A stretch of 64,000 nt of DNA from Thermofilaceae archaeon. GTDB lineage: Archaea > Thermoproteota > Thermoprotei > Thermofilales > Thermofilaceae. Shown here piece by piece: positions 1 to 9,586 of this stretch. The position numbers and the translations under genes were made by a program. The DNA is taken from contig JAWCCZ010000005.1 of NCBI GenBank assembly GCA_038861545.1, positions 1-64,000 on the forward strand. The letters run 5' to 3'. A model generated the notes under the pieces. It ran no database searches and was not told where the DNA came from. It saw only the letters and a program-made list of their open reading frames with translations. The number at the start of each line of letters is the position of its first letter. Positions within the stretch are counted from its first letter, which is position 1.

Positions 1-964
1 TATCGCTCTTCTTCACCCTACGAACAGCTAAAATCCCAGCCTTCGCCAAGTAATACTGCGCCAAATCATCAATACCCTTCTGACAAAACACCACACTAGC
101 ACCAGAAGCCTTAATCTTCTCAACCATATCCCTGATAAGAGTTGATTCCTGTTCCAGGAACATTTTCAGCTGCTCTGGATTAGTCACATTTATTTTAGCC
201 GTCCACTCCGGCTTCTCAACTTCGAGAGGAGCGTCGATTAACGCGATCTTCGCTTTCTCAACCCTTTTCGGCATAGCTGGATGTACAACTTCTTTGTCCA
301 AAACGATACCTTTAATCAGTTGAGTATCGGTTAAAGCCTCTCCCTTTTTCTTTTCAACTTTGATGTTATCTAGCGATAGGTCGAATTTTCCATCCTTCTT
401 TTCAATGACCGCCAACGCGGCATCAACCACTATATCCGCTAAAAAGTCTTTGTATTCGGCCACAACCTTACTCGCTAGCGCTGTTGAAGCTATATTCTTC
501 AAAACATTCTTGTTCAATGGATCCACAGGCTCTGCGATTTTATCGATCGTTCCTACAAGGAACTCCATAGCCTTCTCGAAACCTTCGGAAATGATAGATG
601 GGTGTACCTCTTGGTCAAGGAGTTCTCCTGCCTGAACCAGTAATTGACCTGCCAGTACAACTACAGAAGTCGTACCGTCACCTACTTCATCATCTTGGGC
701 TTTAGCAACTTCTACTAGCATCTTAGCCGCTGGATGCTGAACCTCCATTTCCTTCAAGATAGTAGCCCCGTCACCCGTTATTGTCGCATTACCGAAGGAG
801 TCTATCAGTAGCTTATCCATGCCTCTAGGTCCGAGCGAAGTAGCCAAGGCTTCGGAAATAACCCTAGCAGCGTAGATGTTAGATCTTCTAGCATCCCTAC
901 CTGTTGCTCTACTAGAGCCTTCTTTCAATATTAATACAGGAATAGCCTGAGACGCAGTTGACAT
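1..964 (-). CDS. ths: Thermosome (group II chaperonin) subunit, 5' part; runs off the window start
   Basis: Manual minus-strand translation from ATG at 964 gives MSTASQAIPVLILKEGSSRATGRDARRSNI...TSLGPRGMDKLL...GDGATILKEMEVQHPAAK...EVGDGTTSVVVL, the classic thermosome motifs. Not in the ORF track because it is truncated. Confidence 0.97.
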   Translation of the reverse strand, partial: MSTASQAIPVLILKEGSSRATGRDARRSNIYAARVISEALATSLGPRGMDKLLIDSFGNATITGDGATILKEMEVQHPAAKMLVEVAKAQDDEVGDGTTSVVVLAGQLLVQAGELLDQEVHPSIISEGFEKAMEFLVGTIDKIAEPVDPLNKNVLKNIASTALASKVVAEYKDFLADIVVDAALAVIEKKDGKFDLSLDNIKVEKKKGEALTDTQLIKGIVLDKEVVHPAMPKRVEKAKIALIDAPLEVEKPEWTAKINVTNPEQLKMFLEQESTLIRDMVEKIKASGASVVFCQKGIDDLAQYYLAKAGILAVRRVKKSD

Positions 965-994
965 ACTGGCACCGGTAGGTGCTTTATTCGCTTC

Positions 995-1010
995 TATATA
1001 AACATTTCTC
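995..1010 (-). promoter_or_regulatory. Putative BRE/TATA promoter of the thermosome gene
   Basis: Minus strand reads GAGAAA-TG-TTTATATA, about 30 nt upstream of the ATG at 964. Confidence 0.55.
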
Positions 1011-1050
1011 ATAGGATAATGCTTTTAGCCTACATTTTCACTTCCAGGAG

Positions 1051-1497
1051 GTGGATGATAAGGTTAAATCGCTAAAAGAGGAAATAGGATCCACTGCGAT
1101 TTTCGCAGCTATAATAGCTGTTTTGTTGTTTGCAGTAGCTCCTCTAGCTTTAGGCACCGATACACCATTAGCAGTTGTTTCTAGTTGGAGCATGGAACCT
1201 ATACTACATGTTGGTGACATTATAGTGGTATACGGGAGAGATGAAATTAGAGAGGGCGACATCGTAGTATATGTAAGTGCAAGTGGCACATTGATAGTCC
1301 ACAGGGTAATAGCAATTGAGAAAAATGCATTTGGGTTAGTTTACGTGACAAAAGGGGATGCCAATCCAACCCCTGATGCTCCGGTATCTCCATCAAGAGT
1401 AAAGGGAAAAGTGATTCTGGTAATCCCCTACCTAGGTAGCATAAAATTATTTTTTGAGAGAGCATTTATAAGTTCTTATTCTTTGGTTCGCATATAA
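1051..1497 (+). CDS. Signal peptidase I (archaeal/Sec11 type)
   Basis: N-terminal TM helix; VVSSWSMEP (catalytic Ser), GDIIVV, IVHRV (His) and TKGDAN motifs. Confidence 0.93.
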   Translation: MDDKVKSLKEEIGSTAIFAAIIAVLLFAVAPLALGTDTPLAVVSSWSMEPILHVGDIIVVYGRDEIREGDIVVYVSASGTLIVHRVIAIEKNAFGLVYVTKGDANPTPDAPVSPSRVKGKVILVIPYLGSIKLFFERAFISSYSLVRI

Positions 1498-1600
1498 CAC
1501 ATTTACCGAGAAATCCTTTTATAAGGGAACTCTAGTGAGGCCTTTAAAAGGGGGTAAGAAGCTTTATAAGCGTTTTTAAGCCTTTTAGGCGGGGAGGGGT

Positions 1601-2155
1601 ATTCCTAAACCAACTTATAGGATTGAAAATGTTGTAGCGTCGGTTACCCTAAATCAAAGATTGAACCTGGAAAAAATAGCCGAAAGAGTGCCGCATGCTG
1701 AGTATTCACCTGAACAGTTCCCAGGCCTTGTGCTAAGAATTCCTAAGCCTAAAACTGCTACCTTAATCTTCTCGAGCGGTAAAATGGTTTGTACCGGTGC
1801 TAAGTCAGAAAAAGAAGTACGTAGAGCAGTTAATACAATCATTGGCCTTCTCAGGAACCACGGTATAGAAGTTAAAGGTGAACCGATAATAGAAATCCAG
1901 AACATAGTTGCAAGCGCTAATCTTAAAGCGCTAGTAGACTTAGAGCGGGCAGCCTACCTATTAGAGAACAGCATGTACGAGCCAGAGCAATTTCCGGGTT
2001 TAATCTACAGGATGGATGGACCGAAAGTAGTACTTTTGATTTTCTCGAGTGGTAAAGTTGTATGCACAGGTGCACGAAGAGAAGAAGAAGTTCAGGAAGC
2101 TATCAATAAACTTTATGATAAACTTGATCAACTCCAAGCTCTAATACTCCAGTAG
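1601..2155 (+). CDS. tbp: TATA-box binding protein; N-terminus extended upstream of the ORF-track start to a probable ATT start
   Basis: Two TBP repeats (YSPEQFPGL / YEPEQFPGL, LIFSSGK). In-frame upstream sequence 1601-1660 encodes IPKPTYRIENVVASVTLNQR, the first-repeat counterpart of IQNIVAS. In-frame stop at 1586-1588. Start position is inferred. Confidence 0.95.
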   Translation: MPKPTYRIENVVASVTLNQRLNLEKIAERVPHAEYSPEQFPGLVLRIPKPKTATLIFSSGKMVCTGAKSEKEVRRAVNTIIGLLRNHGIEVKGEPIIEIQNIVASANLKALVDLERAAYLLENSMYEPEQFPGLIYRMDGPKVVLLIFSSGKVVCTGARREEEVQEAINKLYDKLDQLQALILQ

Positions 2156-2168
2156 CTAGGGATTTCAT

Positions 2169-2645
2169 ATGGCTGAATACGCAATTAGAACATTTAGACC
2201 TGAGGACTTGGATGAAGTTATAAAAGTTAACCGGGAAAATCTTCCCGAAAACTATCCCCCGTTTTTCTTTAAATTACACTATGAAAATTTTCCACAAGCT
2301 TTCATCGTAGCTGAATCTAGCGGAAAAATAGTTGGCTATGTAATGTGCAGAGTTGAAACTGGAAAGCTCTATACTAAACAAGATGTAGGAAGACAAGGAC
2401 ACATAGTATCAATAGCAGTTATTCCCGAAATGAGAGGTAAGGGTATCGGAACAAAATTAATGAAAAGAGCCATGGAATCTCTTTATCAAGTCTACGGTGT
2501 CGAGGAGTATTATTTGGAAGTGCGCGTATCGAATATGCCGGCCATAAACCTCTACACTAAATTAGGATTCGAAAAAATTAAAACTTTAAAGAGTTATTAC
2601 CTAAACGGAGAAGATGCATATTTAATGGCTAAGCAAGCCCCATAA
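2169..2645 (+). CDS. ard1: N-terminal acetyltransferase, Ard1/RimI family (GNAT)
   Basis: NRENLPENYP, GHIVSIAV, RGKGIG, LEVRVSN and YYLNGEDAYLM motifs. Confidence 0.92.
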   Translation: MAEYAIRTFRPEDLDEVIKVNRENLPENYPPFFFKLHYENFPQAFIVAESSGKIVGYVMCRVETGKLYTKQDVGRQGHIVSIAVIPEMRGKGIGTKLMKRAMESLYQVYGVEEYYLEVRVSNMPAINLYTKLGFEKIKTLKSYYLNGEDAYLMAKQAP

Positions 2646-2652
2646 ATTAATA

Positions 2653-3618
2653 TCATAATGTTTTTAGCTGTTCTAATAAATTATTTAGCAAATTGGTTAT
2701 ATCTTTTTCACGGTTAAATTTAGAGTAGACAGCTAGGCCGATAAACCTATCTAAATTCTTGTCGTACCACAGGTTGCCTAGAAAAATCTTTTTCATACTC
2801 TTTAATATATGGAAAGTGGATCCTTTTATCTTAAAAGTTTTGTCTTCGATTTCTTCGTATTTTATCTTAGGGAAATCTACTTTTGTGATCTTTTTAAAAT
2901 CTTTTACAATATTTTTTTCGAACCAACCTATTGCTCCCTTTTTGAACTTGTCTGTCAGCATGCTAGCTAATCCGCTGTAACCTATAATGACATACTCTTC
3001 TGTCCTCTCTTTTGAGAAAATGCAATATGAGGATAGTGTAGTGAACTTCGCTGACACCAACCTATACTCTTGGGGTATGTATACATTGAATAATAGTAAG
3101 GACCAAAGCGCATGTTCGGAGAGTGAAGTGTAATGACACTTCACACCTTCGAGAATTCTCTCCAATAACTGTTCATCTTCTTCAACTCTGTATGGCGTGA
3201 ATGTCAATGAAATAGCTCTTTCGTTTTTTTCGCAGTACCAAAGAACTGCTTTCATGGGCGAACCTGCTACTCTGAAAGTCCAAAGAAGTCCGTTATGACT
3301 AGCTACCTTGATTTCCTCCTTATGTACATGCTTTATTTCAACTTCCATGTGCTTCTTTCTGAGTTCCTTTAATCTTTCTTCCCACATTTTTTGGTATGCA
3401 CTTAACATCTCGTTTAAACTCTTTGCTTTTTCGAATGAAATTCTTTCCAAAGTTATCTCTAACCTAACATTTGCGCTATCAGCTACTCTAAAAAATTCGA
3501 CATTACCACTTACTCCTTCGGCTACTATATCCCATCCGCTTGGAACCGAAAGTTCAAAGTGCCTCCAGCCTATTGGTTTCAGCAACATGGCGACATTCTG
3601 GTTATTTGTAACTGGCAT
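2653..3618 (-). CDS. Hypothetical protein, two tandem related domains (possibly PsbP/Mog1-like fold)
   Basis: 321-aa ORF filling the gap. Internal repeat WRHFELSVPSGWDIV vs WSLLLFNVYIPQEYRL. Fold is a guess. Confidence 0.75.
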   Translation of the reverse strand: MPVTNNQNVAMLLKPIGWRHFELSVPSGWDIVAEGVSGNVEFFRVADSANVRLEITLERISFEKAKSLNEMLSAYQKMWEERLKELRKKHMEVEIKHVHKEEIKVASHNGLLWTFRVAGSPMKAVLWYCEKNERAISLTFTPYRVEEDEQLLERILEGVKCHYTSLSEHALWSLLLFNVYIPQEYRLVSAKFTTLSSYCIFSKERTEEYVIIGYSGLASMLTDKFKKGAIGWFEKNIVKDFKKITKVDFPKIKYEEIEDKTFKIKGSTFHILKSMKKIFLGNLWYDKNLDRFIGLAVYSKFNREKDITNLLNNLLEQLKTL

Positions 3619-3825
3619 TTAAAGTTCGCTAATGTTGTCCCCAAAGCAACAAGTGAAACTTTACTTTGAATCCTTCAATGTTTAATTGCGCAGCCAATAA
3701 GCCTTGTAAACCACAGTCTAGTAAAAGAACACGCAAAGCGTATGGCATAGCAGTTTGATAGTAACACCGAACGAAAGATACGGAATACTTTTTAAAAGAT
3801 AATTCACTAGGGGGAGGGCTCAGAA

Positions 3826-3981
3826 ATGCCGATAAGAGATCAGGATAAACTACAGTTAGCATTAGAGAACAACTTTAGGTTTAAAATCTGTAGGAAATGC
3901 GGTTCACGTAACTCATGGAATGCGGAGCGATGTAGAAGGTGTAAAAGTCGCGACTTAAGGCCGAAGAGATATAAGAAGTGA
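3826..3981 (+). CDS. rpl40e: 50S ribosomal protein L40e (not in ORF track, 51 aa)
   Basis: Manual translation MPIRDQDKLQLALENNFRFKICRKCGSRNSWNAERCRRCKSRDLRPKRYKK with the KICRKC...CRRC...LRPK signature. GGAGG SD upstream. Confidence 0.95.
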   Translation: MPIRDQDKLQLALENNFRFKICRKCGSRNSWNAERCRRCKSRDLRPKRYKK

Positions 3982-4038
3982 TAATCCACTTCTGCATTAA
4001 TGTAAATTAGTAAACTAGTGTACTTTTCTTTATTGAAG

Positions 4039-4617
4039 TTATTTTAAATGTTCCCTTGCATACACATAGATCCCATCGAGAATACCGGGTCCGCCTTCTC
4101 GCCCATGCGGGCTCATCCTGTATTTGCCGCGAAGTCTTACGGCATCCCGAATATTAGCGGCGGTTTGTGCTACAGCCTCCTTATCAATGCCTTCTATGAT
4201 AACTTCATCTTTTTCAGCCTTAACTTTCACGCCAGGCATAATATGAGCTGTTACTCTACCACGCCTACCCAGGAAATTCTCTATTATAACTACTCCATTT
4301 TTTTCGTCAACCTTGACATTCATCGGGAAATGCGCATATACTACTTTCATTTTATATCTATACCCTTTTTGAACTCCCTCTATCATATTATTAATTAAAG
4401 AGTATAGTAAGTTAATCATAGAGTATGTTTTCTTTTCAGCCATGAATGTTTCAATCACTATCTTGCTACCCTCTAGATACACCTCAATACTTTTAATATG
4501 GGACATGTCTTTCTCAACCCTACCTAAGGGGCCCTCCACTCTGATGCGTCGACTCTCTATGGTTACTTTTACGCCGGATGGTATCTCTAATTCTCTCCTG
4601 ACGTACGGCTTCCTCAA
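4039..4617 (-). CDS. rpl6: 50S ribosomal protein L6 (uL6), stand-alone
   Basis: VEGPLG, YAHFPMNV, IENFLG, VAQTAANI and DGIYVY motifs. Confidence 0.95.
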   Translation of the reverse strand: MRKPYVRRELEIPSGVKVTIESRRIRVEGPLGRVEKDMSHIKSIEVYLEGSKIVIETFMAEKKTYSMINLLYSLINNMIEGVQKGYRYKMKVVYAHFPMNVKVDEKNGVVIIENFLGRRGRVTAHIMPGVKVKAEKDEVIIEGIDKEAVAQTAANIRDAVRLRGKYRMSPHGREGGPGILDGIYVYAREHLK

Positions 4618-4859
4618 GGCTAACCCCTCTTAAGCTCGCCCTTGGCATTCCTTTAAATATATTTCTGGATGTTAAAACTGTGTAGAATATCGCTGAAAAA
4701 AGTAATGGGGATAAAGGTATACCGCAAGTACGATTTGTCCCTCAAGTATGAGATGCTGAAGTTATCAATTAATACAAATTTATATTTAATGTCGATTTTC
4801 TCTGAAGCGGGAAAAACTTATAAAACCTAATGATGAAAGTTTCCCGTCAACGGGGGAGA

Positions 4860-5150
4860 ATGAGCGATATATTAGAAGAATTATATAGGGGCGTACAACA
4901 GGAGCAAGAAATAGTAAAAATACGTTTAGAGAAAAGGCGTGGATCACGTTATGTAACGGTAATCGAGGGAGTGGATGAAAAACTCTATGATCACAAGGAG
5001 ATTGTATCTTTCTTTAAAAACAGGTTAGCGTGTGGAGGAACCGCGAAAAATGGTAGAATAGAACTGCAGGGCGACCATAGATACAAGGTTAGAGATATAC
5101 TAGTTAACCTAATTGGAATATCTCCGACGAATATAATAGTTGAAGAGTAA
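4860..5150 (+). CDS. sui1: Translation initiation factor aIF1 (SUI1)
   Basis: IRLEKRR, VTVIEG and LACGGTAKNGRIELQGDHR. Start set to ATG 4860 after a GGGGGAG SD. Confidence 0.93.
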   Translation: MSDILEELYRGVQQEQEIVKIRLEKRRGSRYVTVIEGVDEKLYDHKEIVSFFKNRLACGGTAKNGRIELQGDHRYKVRDILVNLIGISPTNIIVEE

Positions 5151-5207
5151 AAATGCATTGTGAAAAAGTTTTAGTTTTATTGTTTTAAGTTTTAAAAACT
5201 AAACTAT

Positions 5208-5735
5208 CTATTTTTCTAGCTTTATGAGCTCAGACAGGCGCTTTATACCATCTATTTCTTTTATTATGCGAGCCGCAGCTGGAGGCACTAATGCCTCCCA
5301 CTCAGCACCTTCGGCTATGATTCTCCTAATTTTTGTTCCCTCGTAAACCTCCCTTTCTAGGAAAGGTATTCCCACAACCTCGTAGCCTGCTTCTTCAAAA
5401 AGTAAACGAGTTAAAGGTTCGTTAGTATATACCCTTCTGAAACGAGGGCACAATGATACTACTGTTTGAACCCAGAGAGAATGCTGCCCATCAGTGTCCG
5501 GCACTGCCGCTAGGATTACTCTATCCCATAAATTTTCTTCTTTTAGTGTTGCAGCAATCATCTCTAACCTTTCGCCTAAAGTAAAGGGATTTTTAAAACT
5601 GTGAGAATATTGTGCACTGCCAACAGCGATGACCGTTTCCGCCTCCCTATCTAATATCCATTTAAGAGCATGAAGATGACCTTTATGAAAAGGTTGAAAA
5701 CGACCTATGAAGAGGGCGCGATTAATACCGGGCAG
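5208..5735 (-). CDS. nadM: Nicotinamide-nucleotide adenylyltransferase; extended upstream of the ORF-track start, probable CTG (5735) or ATT (5726) start
   Basis: In-frame sequence upstream of the ORF-track Met encodes RALFIGRFQPFHKGHLHAL...GSAQYSHSFKNPFTLGERLEM, the NadM catalytic motifs. C-terminal GTKIRR...WEALVP. Confidence 0.93.
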   Translation of the reverse strand: MPGINRALFIGRFQPFHKGHLHALKWILDREAETVIAVGSAQYSHSFKNPFTLGERLEMIAATLKEENLWDRVILAAVPDTDGQHSLWVQTVVSLCPRFRRVYTNEPLTRLLFEEAGYEVVGIPFLEREVYEGTKIRRIIAEGAEWEALVPPAAARIIKEIDGIKRLSELIKLEK

Positions 5736-8700
5736 CCATTATCACCTCATCGTAAAAATCCTTCAATACTTCCAAGTAATTTATGTCTCCTTTTTCAACT
5801 TTATCCATCATCTCTTCTACTTTATTGGTTCTCTCTATAGATATTAACTGCCGATACCTTTCTTCGGATGATAAATAATTGTATACATCTATACCTAACT
5901 TAGTGGGTATTAGGCGATGCCTCTTAGTTTCTATTACATACTTTCTATTAATGAGCGTAGCAATTATTTTCGCATAAGTTGAAGGTCTTCCAATACCTTC
6001 CTCTTTCATGCGAGCGACGAGATCTGCCTGAGTGTAAAGCCTCTCAACCGGCATTTTCCTTCGTCTAACCTCAGATACGGCATAAGATCCCGGCTTAATT
6101 TGTATTAGTTTAAAAGGTCTGTAAACCGCTGTAAAACCCGGTTCTGTTATACTGGAGAAAAAAGCCAGTTCCCTTGAGTAGTTTTTCACTTTTACATTAT
6201 ATTTTGCAACTTCAACTACGGCCTCGTTCATCTGGCTAGCTATGAAACGACGAAATATCAGGTCATATAGACGAATATGCGCATAGGTTAGCGGTCTAGC
6301 CAGCTGTAATATACCTTGATTCACCAGTGCTCTTAAAGTATCTACATCGTAAGATCTAGTAGGTCTTATACACTCATGAGTCCCGTGGGGCCCCCAGGAG
6401 CGGCCTTTAAACATTGCTTCGCCAAATCTCTCTGTGATATAGCTTTTAGCAATCCCTATCCCGACATTCGAAACGTGATGGCTGTCAGTTCTATGATAAG
6501 TTATTAAACCCATCTCAAAGAGCTCTTGTGCAAGCCTCATAGTTTCTTCTACTCCAAAACCAAGACTTTGCATTGATTCCCTTAGCAAAGCATCAGTAGT
6601 TAATGGGGGTGGAGGGGGTATTTTAATGGATTCTACCCCCTGGAGTTCAATTACTGCTACTGAACCTTTAAATTCTTTAGCTACTTCATTTACCGGTTTC
6701 TCTAATTTATCGAATTCAAAAGTAATTATAAGTCCATTTTCTAATCTTAATCTAAATATAATCTTAAAACTTTTCATAACTTTTTCATACTGTTCTATTA
6801 CCCAGCCCAGTACTGGCGTTTGAACCCTCCCTGCCGAAAGCCACTGCTTCCCAAATGCATTCCATAGTTTTTGGCTTAGCGAGAAACCTATCCACCTGTC
6901 TTCTATTCTGCGCACTAATTGCGCTTCAACTCTCCTCAAATCGATATTCCGGGGATTCGCTATAGCCTCTTCAAATGCACGCCGTGTAACTTCGTGAAAC
7001 TCTATCCTATCAATTCTCTTCGCGTACGGTTTGAGTAGTATATAAAGATCCCATGCTATCTTTTCTCCTTCTGTATCAGGATCTGTTGCAAGAAAAATTA
7101 AATCAACCTCGCTCGCAACTTCCCTTAGGGCGTCGATTATAGTCTGCTGATCAATTAAGTTAGCAGAGTTGCAGTAGGAACATGTGTATTCGTTGCTAGG
7201 TACTGTGAACTGCTCACCACAGTTCAAGCATCTCTTTATAGTAGCGTAGACCGGAACAAACTTTCCATCACTTACCAAAACGCCCCAGAAACCCTCGTCT
7301 GTAACAAGGTCTATTACATGACCTTTACCTGCTGCAATTAGAAGGATATGACCGCCAGAGCTGACTTCGTATACATTAAGTGCATTCAGCCTACGTATTG
7401 AGGGTCTTCCGAAGAAGGAAGCTATTGTGCGTGCTTTAGTAGGTGATTCTACGACGACTAGAGCCGTTTTAACCATATCAGCAACTTCTGGTTTCACCTC
7501 TCCATTAATGAGACTTTTAATGAACTCCCTATCCTTATCCACTTCACTTAATATTGTATTTAAATCCAATTCTTCAAATCTAACCCAAGTAGATTCATCT
7601 GTGTACCATCTTACTTGCTTTTGTAGTGCTTCTAATAGTTTTTCATCGTCTGTAATTACTACAGAGAGACCCTTTGATATACCTCCTGCAAACATTCGTG
7701 ATGTTCTACCTGTAGCTTGTAAGTACGTAGGTGCATCAGGTATTAGTAGGAAGGGCCTGTCATCTACTAAACGTATTGACGCAATTGCTCTTGCTTCCAT
7801 GGCTTTTAAAACCTCGCTTCTAGAAATCAATTCTTTCAGGATAACGCGTAACTCAAGAACTTGGTTGTATACTTGACTTAGAAAACCCTCCGGACTCTTA
7901 CCCGTATTCAATGCTTCTGAGAGTGCCCTAAAGGATTGAAGTTCTAAATCTCTGAGACGCCGCCTTAGGCTAATGGTTAACCTGTCTAATCTAGCTGCCT
8001 CGCTGCCCGATATAACGTTCCTAAGGGCCTGAGCGATCTGTAAAAGTCTGAGAGGACTTGCCTCCTCAACTTCAGCGGCGAACTTAAAGTGAGGTGTTCC
8101 GGCAAATATTGCATACCTAATTATATGTGGTAGATCTATACCTCTAACTAGTAGACCGTAATATGTGGCGTAACCTATGAGAACATCCAGCTCGCCTTTT
8201 TCAAATCTTGAGAAAGCTTCTTTACTCTTTGAAGTAACAAGCTCGGCTTTGATCCCTTTCTCAGCAAGATGCTTGAGAAGCTCCCCTATACGTTCATCTG
8301 AAATACCTGGTTGGATGAAGATAAGGCCTCCTTTACCGAGTTTCGAAGCCACCTCAGCTATGTGTTTCTCGAAATCTCCTTCACTAACCAGCAAATATGA
8401 GTCAACCACGTTTCTCAGCAACTCTGTACGTGAGCCAATCTCAAAACCCAATAGTTCTCTGAACAACTTAACCCTTAATCCTTTTGGCCGGCCGGTAGCT
8501 GTAGAAACGACTAATACGCCGGTTTTCCCATTAGATATTAACTCTTTGAGCCTTCGTCTAGCATCATTCAGTACATGTAATTTATCTTCTGAGAATTTAC
8601 TTTTGTTTACAGTTAAACGTACTATCTTATTGGCTATATTTATAGCATCCTGAGGTAAGCCTAATAATAAAAGAAGTTTATCAACATTTTTAGAAGATTT

Positions 8701-9378
8701 AATGATAGAATCAACATCATCGACAAAGATAAAATCAAACCTTATGTTTTTTATGAGTTCAAAGTTTCTACTTAAGAATTGAGAAGTAGTTACTAAGATT
8801 TCGTAGTCTCCTTTGGCAATTCTATTTATTACTTCGGTTTTCTCCTTCTCACCTTTAACAATATAAGCTATTGTTTTAACGTTAAGTCCCAGTTTCCTTG
8901 CATAGGTTGTTAACCTATCGCTAGTCTGCTTTACTAAAAGACTTGTAGGTTGAACCAAGTAACATTTCTTACCCTTAGTGGCTAAGTATAGCGCCATTAT
9001 AATTCCGAAAAGACTCTTACCCACTCCTGTGGGAGCTAGTATTGTGAATGATTTTCCTTTGAAAACCCTTTTTGCCCACGTAATCTGGGCGCTCCAAGGA
9101 GGATTCCCTATGGTATTTCTAAAAAATTCGCTAAATTCTTGTACGAACTCCTCTTCATGTAAGAGCTCTCTGAATTTATTTTGACCTTCTGAGCAAGAAA
9201 TGTAACCGCATATTTCTCTTAGAAAGTGTAACCTATCTTTCTGAGCTATTTCGAGGATCCTTAGATCGATATCCTGTAGGCACTTCTCACATGGAAGACC
9301 CATGCTGAGACGTTCGTCAGGTATAGATCCACCACAGCTGGGACACTGGTTTCTTACTATTAGACGCACACAGCACAC
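5722..9378 (-). CDS. rgy: Reverse gyrase
   Basis: N-terminal Zn finger (CPSCGG...CEKC); helicase-like APTGVGKS and DDVD motifs; topoisomerase IA VESPTKA, ATDPDTEGEKI, SAGRVQTP, catalytic ITYHRTDS and GIGRPSTYA. Confidence 0.98.
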   Translation of the reverse strand: MCCVRLIVRNQCPSCGGSIPDERLSMGLPCEKCLQDIDLRILEIAQKDRLHFLREICGYISCSEGQNKFRELLHEEEFVQEFSEFFRNTIGNPPWSAQITWAKRVFKGKSFTILAPTGVGKSLFGIIMALYLATKGKKCYLVQPTSLLVKQTSDRLTTYARKLGLNVKTIAYIVKGEKEKTEVINRIAKGDYEILVTTSQFLSRNFELIKNIRFDFIFVDDVDSIIKSSKNVDKLLLLLGLPQDAINIANKIVRLTVNKSKFSEDKLHVLNDARRRLKELISNGKTGVLVVSTATGRPKGLRVKLFRELLGFEIGSRTELLRNVVDSYLLVSEGDFEKHIAEVASKLGKGGLIFIQPGISDERIGELLKHLAEKGIKAELVTSKSKEAFSRFEKGELDVLIGYATYYGLLVRGIDLPHIIRYAIFAGTPHFKFAAEVEEASPLRLLQIAQALRNVISGSEAARLDRLTISLRRRLRDLELQSFRALSEALNTGKSPEGFLSQVYNQVLELRVILKELISRSEVLKAMEARAIASIRLVDDRPFLLIPDAPTYLQATGRTSRMFAGGISKGLSVVITDDEKLLEALQKQVRWYTDESTWVRFEELDLNTILSEVDKDREFIKSLINGEVKPEVADMVKTALVVVESPTKARTIASFFGRPSIRRLNALNVYEVSSGGHILLIAAGKGHVIDLVTDEGFWGVLVSDGKFVPVYATIKRCLNCGEQFTVPSNEYTCSYCNSANLIDQQTIIDALREVASEVDLIFLATDPDTEGEKIAWDLYILLKPYAKRIDRIEFHEVTRRAFEEAIANPRNIDLRRVEAQLVRRIEDRWIGFSLSQKLWNAFGKQWLSAGRVQTPVLGWVIEQYEKVMKSFKIIFRLRLENGLIITFEFDKLEKPVNEVAKEFKGSVAVIELQGVESIKIPPPPPLTTDALLRESMQSLGFGVEETMRLAQELFEMGLITYHRTDSHHVSNVGIGIAKSYITERFGEAMFKGRSWGPHGTHECIRPTRSYDVDTLRALVNQGILQLARPLTYAHIRLYDLIFRRFIASQMNEAVVEVAKYNVKVKNYSRELAFFSSITEPGFTAVYRPFKLIQIKPGSYAVSEVRRRKMPVERLYTQADLVARMKEEGIGRPSTYAKIIATLINRKYVIETKRHRLIPTKLGIDVYNYLSSEERYRQLISIERTNKVEEMMDKVEKGDINYLEVLKDFYDEVIMAARY

Positions 9379-9586
9379 CTATTGCAGCTTTGCATTTTAC
9401 GGTGTCTAAAAGATTTGCGCTTCGAAGTGATCAGAGAACTGATGGTGTAAGTTAGGCGTGAGACAATAGCAGTTACTCTTCAAGAATTCGTATCCTAAGT
9501 ATAGTGGTGTAAATTCCAAAATGTAATACTGAGCTAGTTTAGATAACTGTTTAAAGAATTATTAATATTTAAAAAATCACTCTTTT

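Noticed and set aside
3629-3862. 77-aa minus-strand ORF
   Set aside because: It overlaps the real rpl40e gene and its promoter/SD on the other strand; no recognisable motif.
4705-4745. Hairpin GGGATAAA...TTTGTCCC between rpl6 and aIF1
   Set aside because: Single modest stem with no box motifs; not distinguishable from chance by eye.
5722-9378. Possible intein or split in reverse gyrase
   Set aside because: The 1218-aa length and motif order are normal; no intein splice or LAGLIDADG motifs seen.
9420-9470. TGAT/CTGA-like words upstream of reverse gyrase as a C/D sRNA
   Set aside because: Box order and spacing do not fit a C-D'-C'-D layout.
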